Assembly (NCBI GenBank): GCA_051362555.1
Contig: CM120643.1
Location: 372,001 to 436,000, forward strand
DNA from: Lingula anatina
Lineage: Eukaryota; Animalia; Brachiopoda
Reading direction: 5' to 3'
DNA length: 64,000 nt
The position numbers and the translations under genes were made by a program. Within the stretch, counting starts at the first letter, position 1. The number at the start of each line of letters is the position of its first letter. Positions 63,501-64,000 of this stretch are shown here, in pieces. The notes under the pieces were generated by a model that searched no databases, was not told the DNA's origin, and worked only from the letters and a program-made list of their open reading frames with translations.

Positions 63501-64000
63501 CTTGGTGGAATGGTTTCTGGGATCTAAAACAAAGTGAACTTCAGTTGCCTTTGCATCATCTGCATTTTGCAGGAGCTCTTTCAGGATATCCTGGTCACAG
63601 GGGTATCCTTCTAGTATTCTCTTGATTCTATTTGTAAGTTTTTCCTTCTGACCAAAGGGTATTCCCATTGAACATTTTCTAAGCTTTTCACCTCTTTTCG
63701 TCTGAACACCAAGGCCTATAGCATCATGATATGGTAAATCTTTGTGTGCACAATGCATGTCATCATCATCATTCACAAGCCATGGGCAATCATCAAAACA
63801 AAGGTGCTTTGCTTCAGACATCACTCCATCTTCATCTGGTAAATAAATAGGCCCATTTTTATCTTCAATTGATTTCAGTTTTGTTGTGAGGGGTACTTTC
63901 TCCTTTTTTATCTCATCCTCAATATTCTGCTGTAATGCAGACACAATTTGACGTATGTATGATGGCAGTGATTTTTTGCTGTATTTTTCATGTGGTTCCC
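57278..64000 (-). CDS. SACS: Sacsin-like protein, 3' part (5' end outside the window); apparent frameshift at ~60520, so possibly a pseudogene or an assembly error
   Basis: HATPase/SRR motifs FGQKEKLTNRIKRILEGYP, LKELLQNADDA, GQYGVGFNAVYHLTDAPSF, FCFLPLP..TNLPVHINGHF. J-domain KYHPDKN. HEPN motifs RWFRQA..D, WACFKCHQ|SAEKALKAA, MRYPD. A large exon >64000-57931 plus a last exon 57595-57278. Sacsin family is clear; one-to-one orthology is not established. Confidence 0.88.
57931..60519 (-). CDS. SACS: Sacsin-like large exon, downstream frame (J-domain and start of HEPN)
   Basis: The frame opens at GLQQQVTSEKFIEFAKAIE, continues into the 832-aa ORF and ends at CHQ|GTTAGA. Confidence 0.88.
60520..64000 (-). 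CDS. SACS: Sacsin-like large exon, upstream frame (HSP90-like ATPase repeat)
   Basis: 1165-aa ORF whose frame stays open to the window edge. Confidence 0.9.

Noticed and set aside
57889-63944. Two separate genes, or a prokaryotic ATPase-HEPN defence operon
   Set aside because: The ORFs are collinear parts of one sacsin, joined by a frameshift and completed by a spliced exon.

Overview
AT-rich, intron-containing animal DNA; the gene content and transposon types suggest a marine lophotrochozoan, probably a mollusc (inference). It holds three protein-coding genes, all on the minus strand. (1) A 7-exon, ~845-aa secreted protein (20593-28327): signal peptide, short Cys/coiled-coil neck, 20 four-cysteine modules and a C-terminal C-type lectin domain. 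(2) USP10 deubiquitinase (14 exons traced, 33848-49684; first exon unresolved) with a U12-type intron and several repeats or insertions sitting on its splice sites. (3) The 3' part of a sacsin-like gene (57278->64000; HATPase SRR, J-domain, HEPN) with an apparent frameshift near 60520. The rest is non-autonomous Helentron-type (HINE) elements with internal satellite arrays, TIR MITEs (Kolobok-like, Harbinger-like), minisatellites and microsatellites. There is no prokaryotic system or CRISPR array. All coordinates were read by eye and may be off by a few bases for repeats.
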